Source: Candidatus Rokuibacteriota bacterium (GTDB lineage: Bacteria; Methylomirabilota; Methylomirabilia; Rokubacteriales; CSP1-6). From it: 64,000 nt of DNA. Shown here in pieces: positions 34,480 through 44,635 of the stretch. Every line of letters begins with the position of its first letter. Position 1 is the first letter of the stretch. The stretch is taken from NCBI GenBank assembly GCA_003220475.1, contig QHSO01000001.1, positions 4,346 through 68,345 of the forward strand. Direction: 5' to 3'. Made by a program: the position numbers and the translations under genes. Below the pieces are notes generated by a model. It saw only the letters and a program-made list of their open reading frames with translations. It was not told the origin of the DNA and ran no database searches.

Positions 34480-34836
34480 ATGGGCGAACGCGCGGTGAAA
34501 CACGTGAGGAAGTTCCTGGGGCAGCGGCTGCGGGCGCTCCGCAAGCAGCGCGCCCTCAGTCAGGAGCGGCTGGGTGATCGCTCCGGTCTCTCCGGGAAGT
34601 TCATCGGAGAGGTCGAGCGCGGCGAGAAGTCGATCTCGATCGACAGCCTGTACCGCGTGTCGGTCGCGCTCGAGATCCCGCTGCGCGAGCTCACGGACGT
34701 GCGGGCCGACAAGCCGTCGGCGGTGCCGAGCGAGGACGCGGAGAAGATCTTCGCGCTCGTCGCCGGTCGTCGGCGGCCGCAGGACATTCGCCGCGCGTAT
34801 CGGGTGCTGCAGGCGATTTTCTGCCGAGCCTCCTGA
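34480..34836 (+). CDS. XRE-family (Cro/C1-type) HTH transcriptional regulator
   Basis: LRALRKQRALSQERLGDRSGLSGKFIGEVERGEKSISIDSLYRVSVAL. Confidence 0.75.
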   Translation: MGERAVKHVRKFLGQRLRALRKQRALSQERLGDRSGLSGKFIGEVERGEKSISIDSLYRVSVALEIPLRELTDVRADKPSAVPSEDAEKIFALVAGRRRPQDIRRAYRVLQAIFCRAS

Positions 34837-34841
34837 GCCGG

Positions 34842-35123
34842 GTGACGACCGACTACATCTGGTTGGGCGTCGGCCTGGTTGGACAGGCCCTGTTCTCGGC
34901 TCGCTTCCTCGTGCAGTGGATCGCGTCCGAGCGCCGCAAGCGCAGCGTGGTGCCGCTGGCCTTCTGGTATTTTTCCGTCGGCGGCGGTGTCACGCTGCTC
35001 GCGTACGCGATCTACCGGCGCGATCCCGTCTTCATCCTCGGGCAGGGCGCGGGCCTCTTCGTCTACGCGCGCAATCTCTGGCTCATCTACCGCGCCTCGC
35101 CGGCGCCGCTCGCCGAGTCGTGA
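34842..35123 (+). CDS. lipid-A-disaccharide synthase N-terminal domain (LAB_N) small membrane protein
   Basis: 93 aa. QALFSARFLVQWIASERRKRSVVPLAFWYFSVGGGVTLLAYAIYRRDPVFILGQ matches LAB_N. Confidence 0.65.
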   Translation: MTTDYIWLGVGLVGQALFSARFLVQWIASERRKRSVVPLAFWYFSVGGGVTLLAYAIYRRDPVFILGQGAGLFVYARNLWLIYRASPAPLAES

Positions 35124-35129
35124 GGTAGA

Positions 35130-36386
35130 ATGAGCGCAATCCGCCGCCAAGGAGAGCATCCCGTGCCGTCGACGATCAACTGGACCCAGGTGCACACGCG
35201 TCCCGTACTCATGATTCCCGGCCCGACCGAGCTGCCGTTCCCCGTCATGCAAGCGATGAATCAGCCGCCGGCCATCCAGTACGACCGCTCGTTCGACGAG
35301 GGCGTGCTCGAGCCGACGACGCTCGGCCTGCGCGATGTGTTCCAGACGCGGAACGAGGTCCTCGTGATGCCGGGATCGGGCCGCACCGCGCTCGAGGCGG
35401 GCGCGGTCTCCGTCATCGAGCCCGGCGATCGCGTGCTCGTCGTCGGCGCCGGTGTCTTCGGCCTGATGATGCGCGAGATCATGAGCCGCGTCGGCGCCGA
35501 CGCCACCGAATTCCCGATCGAATGGGGCGCCCGTCTGGACGTCGAGCGCCTCGCCCGCGAGGCCGAGCGCGTGCGCCCCAAGGCCATCACGCTCGTGCAC
35601 AACGAGACGTCGACCGGGACGACGTATCCGGCGGCCGAGGTGGCGAAGATCGCGCGCTCCGTCGACGCGCTCGTCATGCTCGACACCGTGTCGTCGATCG
35701 CGGGGCTCGACGTGCGCACCGACGAGTGGGGCGTCGATCTCAACATGACGGGCTCGCAGAAGTGCCTGGCGGCGCCGCTCGGCATGGCGCTGGTGTCCGT
35801 CAGCCCGCGCGCGTGGGACGTGATGGAGCGGCGGAAGAAGAAGGCCCAGTCGTTCGCGTACGACCTGCTGCGCTGGCGCACCAACTGGGTGCCCGTCTCG
35901 CGCGGCGGGAAGGTGCCCGACGGCACGCCGCGCAGCCAGCCGATCTCGATCCCGACCCACCTCACCTCCGCGCTGCAGGTGGCCGTGCGGCTGATCCTCG
36001 AGGAAGGGATCGCCAACCGCGCCCGCCGCCACGCCCTCGCCGGCGACGCGCTGCGTGCCGGCGTGGCCGCGATGGGACTGACGATGTTCCCCGATCCGAC
36101 GATCGCCTCGAACACCGTCTCGTGTATCCGGACGCCCACGGGCATCGAGCCCGCGGCCGTCGTCGCGCGCATGCGCGAGCAGTACGGCATCCTGATCGGC
36201 ACCGGTCTCGACAGGATCCGCGCCTCGACGCTGCGGATCGGCACGATGGGAATCACCGCCAGCCCGCACTACGTGCTGCCGACGCTCTCGGCCCTCGAGC
36301 TGGCGCTGCGCGATGTCGGGTACAAGTGCGAGCCGGGCGCCGGCGTCGCCGCCGCGCAGAAGGTTTTCGCGAACGGAGCCGCCTAG
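35130..36386 (+). CDS. class V aminotransferase (serine-glyoxylate / alanine-glyoxylate aminotransferase type)
   Basis: 418 aa. PLP-lysine context NMTGSQKCLAAPLG. Confidence 0.85.
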   Translation: MSAIRRQGEHPVPSTINWTQVHTRPVLMIPGPTELPFPVMQAMNQPPAIQYDRSFDEGVLEPTTLGLRDVFQTRNEVLVMPGSGRTALEAGAVSVIEPGDRVLVVGAGVFGLMMREIMSRVGADATEFPIEWGARLDVERLAREAERVRPKAITLVHNETSTGTTYPAAEVAKIARSVDALVMLDTVSSIAGLDVRTDEWGVDLNMTGSQKCLAAPLGMALVSVSPRAWDVMERRKKKAQSFAYDLLRWRTNWVPVSRGGKVPDGTPRSQPISIPTHLTSALQVAVRLILEEGIANRARRHALAGDALRAGVAAMGLTMFPDPTIASNTVSCIRTPTGIEPAAVVARMREQYGILIGTGLDRIRASTLRIGTMGITASPHYVLPTLSALELALRDVGYKCEPGAGVAAAQKVFANGAA

Positions 36387-37360
36387 TGCCCGATTCCCTT
36401 ATCGTCGTGCCGGACGATTTCCCGAGCGTCTTCGACAAATCCGCGGCCCACGAGACCGCGCGCAAGCTCGGCGAGACGGTCGTCTACCCGGCGCGCGGCG
36501 CGGACGAGGAAGCCGAGCTGATCCGGCGCATCGGTCGTGCGCGCATCGCCATCAACATCCGCGCGCACGCGCGCTTCACCGACGGCGTCTTCGCCGCGTG
36601 CCCGCAGCTCAAGATGGTGTCGATCTGGGGCACGGGCACCGACAACTTCGACCTCGACGCGGCCGGCCGGCGCGGCGTGACGATCTGCAACACGCCCGGC
36701 GTCAACGCCTTCGCCGTCGCCGAGCACGCGCTGACGCTCATGCTGGCCACCGGCCGCAAGCTGGTGCGCATCGATCACGAGATGCGCGGCGGCGCGTGGC
36801 CGCGCGAGATGCTGACCCAGTGCCTGGGGAAGACGCTCGGCGTCTTCGGCACCGGCACGATCGGCGCGCGCGTCGTCGCGCTCGGCCGCGCGATCGGCAT
36901 GGACGTGCTGGCGTGGAGCGCGCGCGGCGACGAGGCCCATGTGCGGGCGCTGGGCGCGCGGCCCGCGTCGAAGGACGAAATTCTCCGCACCGCCGATTTC
37001 GTGTCGCTCCACGTCCGGCTGACGCCCGAGACGCGCGGGTTCCTGGGCCGGCGTGAGCTGTCGCTGATGAAGAAGACCGCGATCATCGTCAATACCGGGC
37101 GCGGCGCGCTCATCGAGCGGGAGGCGCTGCTGGACGCGCTGGCCAACAAGAAGATCGCCGGCGCGGGGCTCGACGTGTTCCACGACGAGCCACTCAAGCC
37201 GGGCGATCCCATTCTCGGCTTGGACGCCGTGGTGCTGTCGCCACACAACGCCGGCCAGACGGCGGAAGTCGTGCGTGACGGGCTGCTGCGCGCGGTGAAG
37301 AACATCGAGAACTACCTGGCTGGCCAGCCGACCGACGTCGTCGTCGCGCCCGTCAAGTAG
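36386..37360 (+). CDS. D-isomer-specific 2-hydroxyacid dehydrogenase (glycerate dehydrogenase / hydroxypyruvate reductase type)
   Basis: 324 aa tail of track ORF 35522..37360. GVFGTGTIGARV NAD-binding motif. GTG start overlaps the upstream TAG. Confidence 0.85.
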   Translation: MPDSLIVVPDDFPSVFDKSAAHETARKLGETVVYPARGADEEAELIRRIGRARIAINIRAHARFTDGVFAACPQLKMVSIWGTGTDNFDLDAAGRRGVTICNTPGVNAFAVAEHALTLMLATGRKLVRIDHEMRGGAWPREMLTQCLGKTLGVFGTGTIGARVVALGRAIGMDVLAWSARGDEAHVRALGARPASKDEILRTADFVSLHVRLTPETRGFLGRRELSLMKKTAIIVNTGRGALIEREALLDALANKKIAGAGLDVFHDEPLKPGDPILGLDAVVLSPHNAGQTAEVVRDGLLRAVKNIENYLAGQPTDVVVAPVK

Positions 37361-37403
37361 CCTCCGCCTGGACAGCCTCCTCCTCAAAGTCGTCGTCACC
37401 CCG

Positions 37404-38132
37404 GTGCTCATCGGCGGCGCCAGCCTCGCGGGCCGGCGCTGGGGGCCGGCGGTCGGCGGCTGGATCGTCGGCTTGCCGCTCACCTCGGCGCCGATCGCCT
37501 TCTTTCTCGCCCGCGACCACGGCCTCGCCTTCGCGGCGGCGGCCGCGGTCGGCATCATGGCCGGCACCGTCTCGCAGGCGGCGTTCTGCGTGGCCTACGC
37601 GCGCACCGCGATGCGCGCGCACTGGCCGCTGGCGACGCTCGCGGGGTCGATCGCCTTCGCGCTCGCGACGCTCGCGCTGCGATGGCTGCCATTGTCGCTC
37701 GTCCCGTTGGCCGCCCTCGCCGTGCTGTCCCTGCTGCTGTCGACGCGGCTGATGCCAGCGCTCGCCGCCGCGCCGCGCGCGGCCGCGCCGCTGCCCTGGT
37801 GGGATCTCCCCGCGCGCATGGTCGTCACGACGGGCTTCGTCGTGCTGCTGACCGGAGTCGCGTCGCTGCTCGGGCCGCGACTCACCGGCCTGGTCACGCC
37901 GTTTCCGCTCTACGGCATGATGCTCAGCGGCTTCACGCACGCGCTCGAGGGACCGGCGCGCGCCGCCGGCGCGCTGCGCGGCCTGCTGCTCGGGCTCTAT
38001 TGCTTCACCGGCTTCTTCTTCGTGCTGGCCGCGCTGCTGGAGCGCGCCGGCGTCGCGCTCGCGTTTACCGCCGCCGCCGCCGTGGCGCTTGCGATTCAGA
38101 GCCTCGCGCTCTGGGCGCTGCGTCGGAGCTAG
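37404..38132 (+). CDS. hypothetical polytopic membrane protein
   Basis: 242 aa, Ala/Leu-rich with 6-7 predicted TM helices. True start may be about 36 nt upstream. Confidence 0.4.
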   Translation: MLIGGASLAGRRWGPAVGGWIVGLPLTSAPIAFFLARDHGLAFAAAAAVGIMAGTVSQAAFCVAYARTAMRAHWPLATLAGSIAFALATLALRWLPLSLVPLAALAVLSLLLSTRLMPALAAAPRAAAPLPWWDLPARMVVTTGFVVLLTGVASLLGPRLTGLVTPFPLYGMMLSGFTHALEGPARAAGALRGLLLGLYCFTGFFFVLAALLERAGVALAFTAAAAVALAIQSLALWALRRS

Positions 38133-39034
38133 CGGCGCCCGCCCTTCCACCACGCGTAGATCTCCTCGCCGGTGGTGAGCCAGACGCCTTTCTTCCGACG
38201 CAGGTAGTCGTAGACCTCCTCGAAATAGCGGATCCGGTGCGGCACGCCGTGGATGTAGGGATGCACGGCGATCGCCATCACCCGCGGATTCTTCGCGCCC
38301 TCGGCGTACAGGCGATCGAACTGGTCGCGGCAGCGCTGCACCCACGCCGACGACTCGTGATGCTGGATCACCATCGTCGGGATGTCGTTCAGCTCGAGCG
38401 TGTAGGGCACGGACACCAGCGGGCCGTGCGCGGTGCGGATCGCGTACGGCTGGTCGTCGTTCACCCAATCGGAGACGTACTCGATGCCCGCCTCGGCGAG
38501 CAGGTCGAGCGTCTCCCACGTTTCGGTGAGTCCGGGGCCGAGCCAGCCCTTCGGCTTCTTGCCCGTGAACTTCTGGATGATCTGGATAGAGTCGCGGATC
38601 ACCGCACGCTGGTCGGGCTGCACGTGCAGCGCGCCCTGCTTGACGCCGTGGCCCATGAATTCCCAGCCCGCGTCGCGCATGGCTTCCGCCACGCGCGGGT
38701 ACGAGTGGCACACGTTCGCGTTGATGGACGTGGTCGCGGGAATCTTGCGACGCACGAGCGCCTCGTGCAGCCGCCAGAAGCCCACGCGCATCCCGTACTC
38801 GTGCCATGCCCAGTTCGGGACGTCGGGGACCGTCGCGACGCCTTGCGGCGCCGTGAGGTACTGGCGCGCCATGGGCTTCTCGATGTCCCACTCCTCGACG
38901 TTGACGATCGTCCACACGGCGATGCGCGCGCCCTTCGGCAGGCGCCAGGGCTTGCGATCGACGATCGCGGAGTAGTCGAAGCGTTCGTGTGGGAGTCTCA
39001 CGGGCGGCTCCTTTTTTATATGCTCGCCTCGCAC
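38129..39034 (-). CDS. polysaccharide deacetylase family protein (possible PuuE-type allantoinase)
   Basis: 301 aa. Deacetylase-fold motifs (TTSINANV...WEFMGHG...AIAVHPYIHG). Confidence 0.6.
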   Translation of the reverse strand: MRGEHIKKEPPVRLPHERFDYSAIVDRKPWRLPKGARIAVWTIVNVEEWDIEKPMARQYLTAPQGVATVPDVPNWAWHEYGMRVGFWRLHEALVRRKIPATTSINANVCHSYPRVAEAMRDAGWEFMGHGVKQGALHVQPDQRAVIRDSIQIIQKFTGKKPKGWLGPGLTETWETLDLLAEAGIEYVSDWVNDDQPYAIRTAHGPLVSVPYTLELNDIPTMVIQHHESSAWVQRCRDQFDRLYAEGAKNPRVMAIAVHPYIHGVPHRIRYFEEVYDYLRRKKGVWLTTGEEIYAWWKGGRR

Positions 39035-39110
39035 GGTGGGGCCCCCAGCCCCACGACGTCCTCCGGCTCGCAGTGCGGGTGGAAGTGGGCTCTATAGTAC
39101 AATCCCGGCC

Positions 39111-40112
39111 GTGGCCGGGCCGGACGCGATCGACGTACACGCGCACTTCTTCCCCGAGCGCTATCTCGATCTCATCGCGCGCGAGGGCGCGCCGTCCCAG
39201 GCGCGCATCGACCGCTCGGACCCGAAGGGTCCCACGATCGTGCTCAAGGAGACGCGCACGGCGCCGCTCGACGCCACGTACTGGGATCTCGACCGCCGAC
39301 GCAAGGCGATGGACCGCGTCGGCGTCGCCGTTCACGCGCTCTCGCTGACGTCGCCGATGGTGTACTGGGCCGACGGCGATCTCGGCCAGCGCCTGGCCGC
39401 CGCGGTGAACGACGCGATGAGCGAGGCACATCGCGCGTACCCCGATCGCTTCGTCGGCTGCGCGACGCTGCCGATGCAGGACCCCAAGCGCGCGCTCGCG
39501 GAGCTCGAGCGCGCGGCCGCCCTGCCGGGCATCCGCGGCGTCTATCTCGGCACCAACATCAACGGCCGCGACCTGTCGGATCCTGCGTTCGCGCCGATCT
39601 TCGCGGGCTGCGAAGCCCGGCGGCTGCCCGTGCTGCTGCATCCGCTCACGGTGATCGGCGCCGGCAACCGCCTCGGCCGCTACTACCTCAACAACTTCCT
39701 CGGCAACCCGTTCGACACGGCCATCGCGGCCGCGCATCTCGTCTTCGGCGGCGTGCTCGATCGCTTCCCGCGCCTCGAGGTCTGCTTGCCGCACGCCGGC
39801 GGCGCCATGCCGTATCTCGTCGGCCGGCTCACGCACGGCCAGAAGGTGCGGCCCGAGACGAAGGGCGTGGCCAAGCGCCCGTTCGACGCGTACCTGCGGC
39901 GCTTCACCTACGACACGATCAGCCACGCGCCGGCCGCGCTGCAATATCTCGTCGGTCTCGTCGGCGCCGATCGCGTGATGATCGGCAGCGACTTCTGTTT
40001 CGACATGGGCCCGGCGCGGCCGCGCGAGATCGTCGTGCGCGGAGCAAAGCTCTCCGCGCGCGACCGGGCCCGCATCCTGTCGGAGAACGCGCGGCGCTTC
40101 CTGCGGCTGTGA
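39111..40112 (+). CDS. amidohydrolase-2 (ACMSD-like) family metal-dependent hydrolase/decarboxylase
   Basis: DVHAHFFPE N-terminal metal site. HPL...HAGGAMPY...IGSDF. GTG start inferred (V26 of track ORF). Confidence 0.75.
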   Translation: MAGPDAIDVHAHFFPERYLDLIAREGAPSQARIDRSDPKGPTIVLKETRTAPLDATYWDLDRRRKAMDRVGVAVHALSLTSPMVYWADGDLGQRLAAAVNDAMSEAHRAYPDRFVGCATLPMQDPKRALAELERAAALPGIRGVYLGTNINGRDLSDPAFAPIFAGCEARRLPVLLHPLTVIGAGNRLGRYYLNNFLGNPFDTAIAAAHLVFGGVLDRFPRLEVCLPHAGGAMPYLVGRLTHGQKVRPETKGVAKRPFDAYLRRFTYDTISHAPAALQYLVGLVGADRVMIGSDFCFDMGPARPREIVVRGAKLSARDRARILSENARRFLRL

Positions 40113-40152
40113 CGGTGGCCGTGCGAGCCGCAGCCGCAGGCGAGGCGAGCCT

Positions 40153-41013
40153 GTGACTCTGGAATTCTGGGTGACCCAAACCTTCAACGGCCTGTCGTAC
40201 GGGGCACTGCTCTTCCTGCTCGCCAGCGGGCTCTCGTTGATCTTCGGCGTGATGCGCGTCGTCAACCTCGCGCACGGCTCGTACTTCATGCTCGGCGGCT
40301 ACGTCGGACTCTCCGTCATCTGGCGCACCGGGTCGTACGTCCTGGCGCTCGTGGCCGGCGCGCTGGCCCTGGCCGTCGTGGGCATCGCGATGGAGCGCAT
40401 GTTCCTGCGACGGTTGGCTGGTCAGACACTGGGCCAGGTGCTGATGACCATCGGCTTCGCGCTGATCTTCCAGGACCTCGCACTGCTGATCTGGGGCGGC
40501 GACCCCTACTCGATTCGGCCGCCGTCGCTGCTGGCCGGCGTCGTCACCGCGGGGCCCGGACGCTTTCCGATCTACCGCATCTTCATCATCGTGATCGCGG
40601 TCGCGGTCGGCGCCGCGCTGTGGCTGCTGCTCGATCGCACGCGGATCGGCGCGATGATTCGCGCCGCGGTGGACGATCCGGAGATGGCGCAGGGCGTGGG
40701 CATTCGCGTGCCCCGCGTGTCGCTCGGCGTCTTCGCCCTCGGCGCTGCGCTGGCCGCCTTCGGCGGCGTCGTCGGCGCCGGATTTCTCGGCGTCTATCCC
40801 GGCCTCGACTTCGAGATCCTGCCCTACGCGTTCGTCGTCGTCATTGTCGGCGGTCTGGGCTCGCTGCCCGGCGCGATGGTCGGCTCGCTGCTCGTCGGCC
40901 TGCTCGACAACTTCGGCAAGGCGCTGTTTCCCGAGCTGTCCTACTTCACGCTCTTCGCGCCGATGGCCCTGATCCTGGCCCTCAAGCCCACCGGCCTCTT
41001 CGGGCGCGCGTGA
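40153..41013 (+). CDS. ABC transporter permease, LivH family
   Basis: GALLFLLASGLSLIFGVMRVVNLAHGSYFMLGGY. Confidence 0.8.
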   Translation: MTLEFWVTQTFNGLSYGALLFLLASGLSLIFGVMRVVNLAHGSYFMLGGYVGLSVIWRTGSYVLALVAGALALAVVGIAMERMFLRRLAGQTLGQVLMTIGFALIFQDLALLIWGGDPYSIRPPSLLAGVVTAGPGRFPIYRIFIIVIAVAVGAALWLLLDRTRIGAMIRAAVDDPEMAQGVGIRVPRVSLGVFALGAALAAFGGVVGAGFLGVYPGLDFEILPYAFVVVIVGGLGSLPGAMVGSLLVGLLDNFGKALFPELSYFTLFAPMALILALKPTGLFGRA

Positions 41014-41930
41014 ATCGCGCGATCCTGCTCGGCATCGGCGCGCTCGTCGCCGCGGCCGCGGTGGCGCCGGCGCTGCCGTCGTATCCGCTGACGCTGCTCA
41101 CACAGGTCGCCATCATGGCCGTGCTCGCCATGAGCCTCGACATCCTGCTCGGCTACACGGGCCTGCCCTCGCTCGGTCACGCCGCCTACTTCGGCGCGGC
41201 CGCGTACGCCGTCGGGATTCTCGCCACCGAGCGGCAGGCGGGCTTCCTCACCTGTCTCGTCGCCGGCGTGCTGCTCGCCACGGTGACGGCCGCGCTGTTC
41301 GGCCTGATCGCGATCCGCGCGACGGGCACGTACTTCTTGATGATCACGCTCGCGCTGGGCATGGTCGTGTGGGGCCTCGCCTTTCGCTGGGTCTCGCTCA
41401 CCAAGGGCGACAACGGGATCGCCGGCGTGCCGCGGCCGGAGCTGCCGCTGCCGTGGTCGCTCTCGGCGCCGCTGCCCTTCTTCTACTTCGCGCTGGTGGC
41501 GACGGCGCTGGCGTGGGCCGCGCTCGGCACGCTGGCGCGCTCGCCGTTCGGCCTCACGCTCAAGGGCATTCGCGAGAGCGAGACGCGCATGCGCGCGCTC
41601 GGCTACGACGTCTGGCTGCACAAGTACCTGGCGTTCGTGATCTCGGGCGCATTCGCGGGGTTCGCCGGCGTGCTGTGGGCCTGGTACAACGGCTTCGTCA
41701 GCCCGGTGGACGTGCAGCTGGTGACGTCCGTGGAGACGCTGCTGATGGTCGCGCTCGGCGGACCCGGCACTCTCGCCGGACCGGCGCTCGGCGCCGCCAT
41801 GATCGTCTTTCTGAAAAACTTCGTCAGCGTCTATACCAAGCGCTGGCTGCTGATCCTCGGCGCGGTGTACATCGGGGTGATCCTCTGGGCGCCCCGCGGC
41901 GTGCTCGGGGCGCTCAGGTCGCAGCGCTAG
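41010..41930 (+). CDS. ABC transporter permease, LivM family
   Basis: V131 (GTG) of track ORF 40620..41930, overlapping the upstream stop. GYTGLPSLGHAAYFGAAAYA. Confidence 0.8.
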   Translation: MNRAILLGIGALVAAAAVAPALPSYPLTLLTQVAIMAVLAMSLDILLGYTGLPSLGHAAYFGAAAYAVGILATERQAGFLTCLVAGVLLATVTAALFGLIAIRATGTYFLMITLALGMVVWGLAFRWVSLTKGDNGIAGVPRPELPLPWSLSAPLPFFYFALVATALAWAALGTLARSPFGLTLKGIRESETRMRALGYDVWLHKYLAFVISGAFAGFAGVLWAWYNGFVSPVDVQLVTSVETLLMVALGGPGTLAGPALGAAMIVFLKNFVSVYTKRWLLILGAVYIGVILWAPRGVLGALRSQR

Positions 41931-41951
41931 CGACGCAAGGAGAGCCAACGC

Positions 41952-43199
41952 ATGAGTCGTGTCCGCATCGTCGCCATCGTCGCCCTGCTCGCGCTCGCAA
42001 CGCCGCTGGCCGCGCCGGTCGGCGTCCCGGCGCAGTCCGCGCCGATCAAGATCGGTTTCCTGGCGCCGCTCACCGGCCCCTTCGCGCAGATCGGCAAGGA
42101 CATGGTCAACGGCAACCAGCTCTACCTCAACGAGATCAACGGCCAGATCGCCGGACGCAAGATCGAGGTCATCGTCGAGGACGACGAGGGCAATCCGGCG
42201 ACCGCCCTCAACAAGGCGCGCAAGCTCGTGGACCAGGACAGGATCGCGATCCTGACCGGCGGCATGCTCGCCAACGTCGGCTACGCGCTGCAGCCCTACA
42301 TCGACGCCCAGAAGATTCCCGCCACGTTCCCGGTCATCGCCGCCGACGACATCACCCAGCGCAAGCCGGCGAAGTGGATCGTGCGCACCGGCTGGGCCAC
42401 CAGCCAGCCGATGCACCCATTCGGTGACTGGGTGCTGAAGAACACCAAGTACCGGAAGATCGCCGCCATCGGCATGGACTACGCGTTCGGCTACGAGATC
42501 ATCGGCGGCTTCCAGCAGGTGTTCGAAGAAGGCGGCGGCCAGATCGTGCAGCGGATCTGGGCCCCGCTCAACACCAACGACTTCGCACCGTTCCTCGCAC
42601 AGATCCGCCGCGATGCCGACGCGGTGCTCGCGCTCTTCACCGGGCGGCTCGCGCTGCAGTTCCTCAAGCAGTACCAGGAGGCGGGCCTGAAAGAGAAGCT
42701 GCCGCTGCTCGGCGGCGGCACGCTCACGGACGAGACGGTGTTGCCGCAGATGGGCGACGAGGCGATGGGCGTCATCACGGCGCTGCACTACTCGCAGGCG
42801 CTCGACAATCCCACCAACGTGAAGTTCAACAAGGCATTCGAGGCCTCGGCCGGGAAGATCGCGTCCTACTACTCGGAAGCGACCTATACGAATGCGCGGT
42901 GGATCGTCGAGGCGATCAAGGCCGCCGGTGGCAAAGTGGAGGATCGCGACGCGATGCTCGCGGCGCTGCGGAGAGTCGACCTCAAAGAGACGGCGCGCGG
43001 GCCGCTGAAGGTCGACGATTTCGGCAATCCCATCCAGAACATCTATATCCGCAAGGTCGAGCGGGTCGGCGGGCGGTTGCAGAACACCGTCATCGCCACG
43101 TATCCCGCCGTGAGCCAGTTCTGGAAGTACAAGCCGGACGAGTACATGAAGCGGCCGCTCTACAGCCGCGACTATCCGGCCTGCAAGTCCTGCCCGTGA
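41952..43199 (+). CDS. ABC transporter substrate-binding protein, LivK/Peripla_BP_6 family
   Basis: Signal peptide then IKIGFLAPLTGPFAQIGKDMVNG. Confidence 0.85.
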   Translation: MSRVRIVAIVALLALATPLAAPVGVPAQSAPIKIGFLAPLTGPFAQIGKDMVNGNQLYLNEINGQIAGRKIEVIVEDDEGNPATALNKARKLVDQDRIAILTGGMLANVGYALQPYIDAQKIPATFPVIAADDITQRKPAKWIVRTGWATSQPMHPFGDWVLKNTKYRKIAAIGMDYAFGYEIIGGFQQVFEEGGGQIVQRIWAPLNTNDFAPFLAQIRRDADAVLALFTGRLALQFLKQYQEAGLKEKLPLLGGGTLTDETVLPQMGDEAMGVITALHYSQALDNPTNVKFNKAFEASAGKIASYYSEATYTNARWIVEAIKAAGGKVEDRDAMLAALRRVDLKETARGPLKVDDFGNPIQNIYIRKVERVGGRLQNTVIATYPAVSQFWKYKPDEYMKRPLYSRDYPACKSCP

Positions 43200-43200
43200 G

Positions 43201-43953
43201 GTGTGTCTGAGCGAGCCGCTCGCGCTGCGCCTCGAGCGTGTCTCCAAGGCGTTCGGCGGGCTGCGCGCCGTGGACGGCGTCGAGCTGGCGGTGCGTCCGG
43301 GCGAGCGCCGCGCGCTGATCGGACCCAACGGCGCCGGCAAGACGACGCTGTTCAACCTGGTGGCCGGCGCGCTGCCCGTGACGACCGGGCGCATCGAGCT
43401 CTTCGGCCGCGACGTCACCCGCATGCCGTCGCATCGGCGCGCGGCGCTCGGTCTCACGCGCACCTTCCAGGTCTCCAACCTGTTCCCGAGCCTCACCGTC
43501 CTCGACAACTGTCTGCTCGCGGTGCAGGCGCCGACGACCGCGAAGTTCGCGATGCACCGGCCGCTGGCGCGTGACCTCGCGCTGCGCGCGCGCGCCGAGG
43601 ACACGCTGGCCGCCGTCGGCCTCGCCGACCGCGCGACCGCCATCGTGCGCAACCTTTCGCACGGCGAGCAGCGCCAGCTCGAGATCGGCCTCGCCCTCGC
43701 GGGCCGGCCTCGGGTGCTGCTGCTCGACGAGCCGACGGCCGGGCTGTCGCCGGCGGAGTCGGCGGCGATGGCGCGGCTGCTCGGCCGCCTCGATCCCGCC
43801 ATCACCGTGCTGATCATCGAGCACGACATGGACATCGCGCTCGAGCTGGCGCGCCACGTCACCGTGCTGCACTACGGCCGCGTCATCGCCGACGGCACAC
43901 GCGACGCCGTGCGCGCCGATCCCACCGTGCGCGAGATCTATCTCGGTGCTTGA
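43201..43953 (+). CDS. ABC transporter ATP-binding protein, LivG family
   Basis: GPNGAGKTT Walker A and LSHGEQRQLEIG signature. Confidence 0.85.
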   Translation: MCLSEPLALRLERVSKAFGGLRAVDGVELAVRPGERRALIGPNGAGKTTLFNLVAGALPVTTGRIELFGRDVTRMPSHRRAALGLTRTFQVSNLFPSLTVLDNCLLAVQAPTTAKFAMHRPLARDLALRARAEDTLAAVGLADRATAIVRNLSHGEQRQLEIGLALAGRPRVLLLDEPTAGLSPAESAAMARLLGRLDPAITVLIIEHDMDIALELARHVTVLHYGRVIADGTRDAVRADPTVREIYLGA

Positions 43954-44635
43954 GCTGGCCGACGTCCACACCTATTACGGTGAGAGCCACGTGCTGCAGG
44001 GCGTGTCACTCGGCGTCCGCCGCAGCGAGGTGGTCGCGATCCTCGGCCGCAACGGCGCCGGGAAGACGACGCTGATCCGCTCGGTGATCGGCTTCTCGCC
44101 GCCGCGCCGCGGCGCCATCCGCTTCAAGGATGCGGACATCACGCGCTGGCCGCCGTATCGCGCCGTCGAGCGCGGCATGGGGCTGGTGCCGCAGGGCCGT
44201 CGCGTCTTTCCCTCGCTCAGCGTCGTGGAGAACCTCGTGGTGGCCCGGCGCGATGGCGGCCGCTTCACGCTCGCGCGCGTGCTCGAGCTGTTTCCGCGGC
44301 TCGCCGAGCGGGCGAAGAGCCGGGCGGGCCGGCTGTCGGGCGGCGAGCAGCAGATGCTCGCCATCGGCCGCGCGCTCATGGGCAATCCCGATCTGCTGCT
44401 GATGGACGAGCCGACGGAGGGGCTCGCGCCGCTGATCGTGCGCGAGGTGGGGCGCATCGTCGCCGAGCTCAAGCGCGAAGGGTTGTCGATTCTGCTCGTC
44501 GAGCAGAACCTGCCGCTCGCGCTGTCCGTCGCCGACACCGTGCACGTGCTCTCGCGCGGCCAGATCGTGCACAGCAGCGCGCCGGCGGCGCTCATGGCGA
44601 ACGAGGCCGTGAAATCGAGGTATCTTGGGGTATGA
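43946..44635 (+). CDS. ABC transporter ATP-binding protein, LivF family
   Basis: GRNGAGKTT Walker A and LSGGEQQMLAIG signature. Confidence 0.85.
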   Translation: MLELADVHTYYGESHVLQGVSLGVRRSEVVAILGRNGAGKTTLIRSVIGFSPPRRGAIRFKDADITRWPPYRAVERGMGLVPQGRRVFPSLSVVENLVVARRDGGRFTLARVLELFPRLAERAKSRAGRLSGGEQQMLAIGRALMGNPDLLLMDEPTEGLAPLIVREVGRIVAELKREGLSILLVEQNLPLALSVADTVHVLSRGQIVHSSAPAALMANEAVKSRYLGV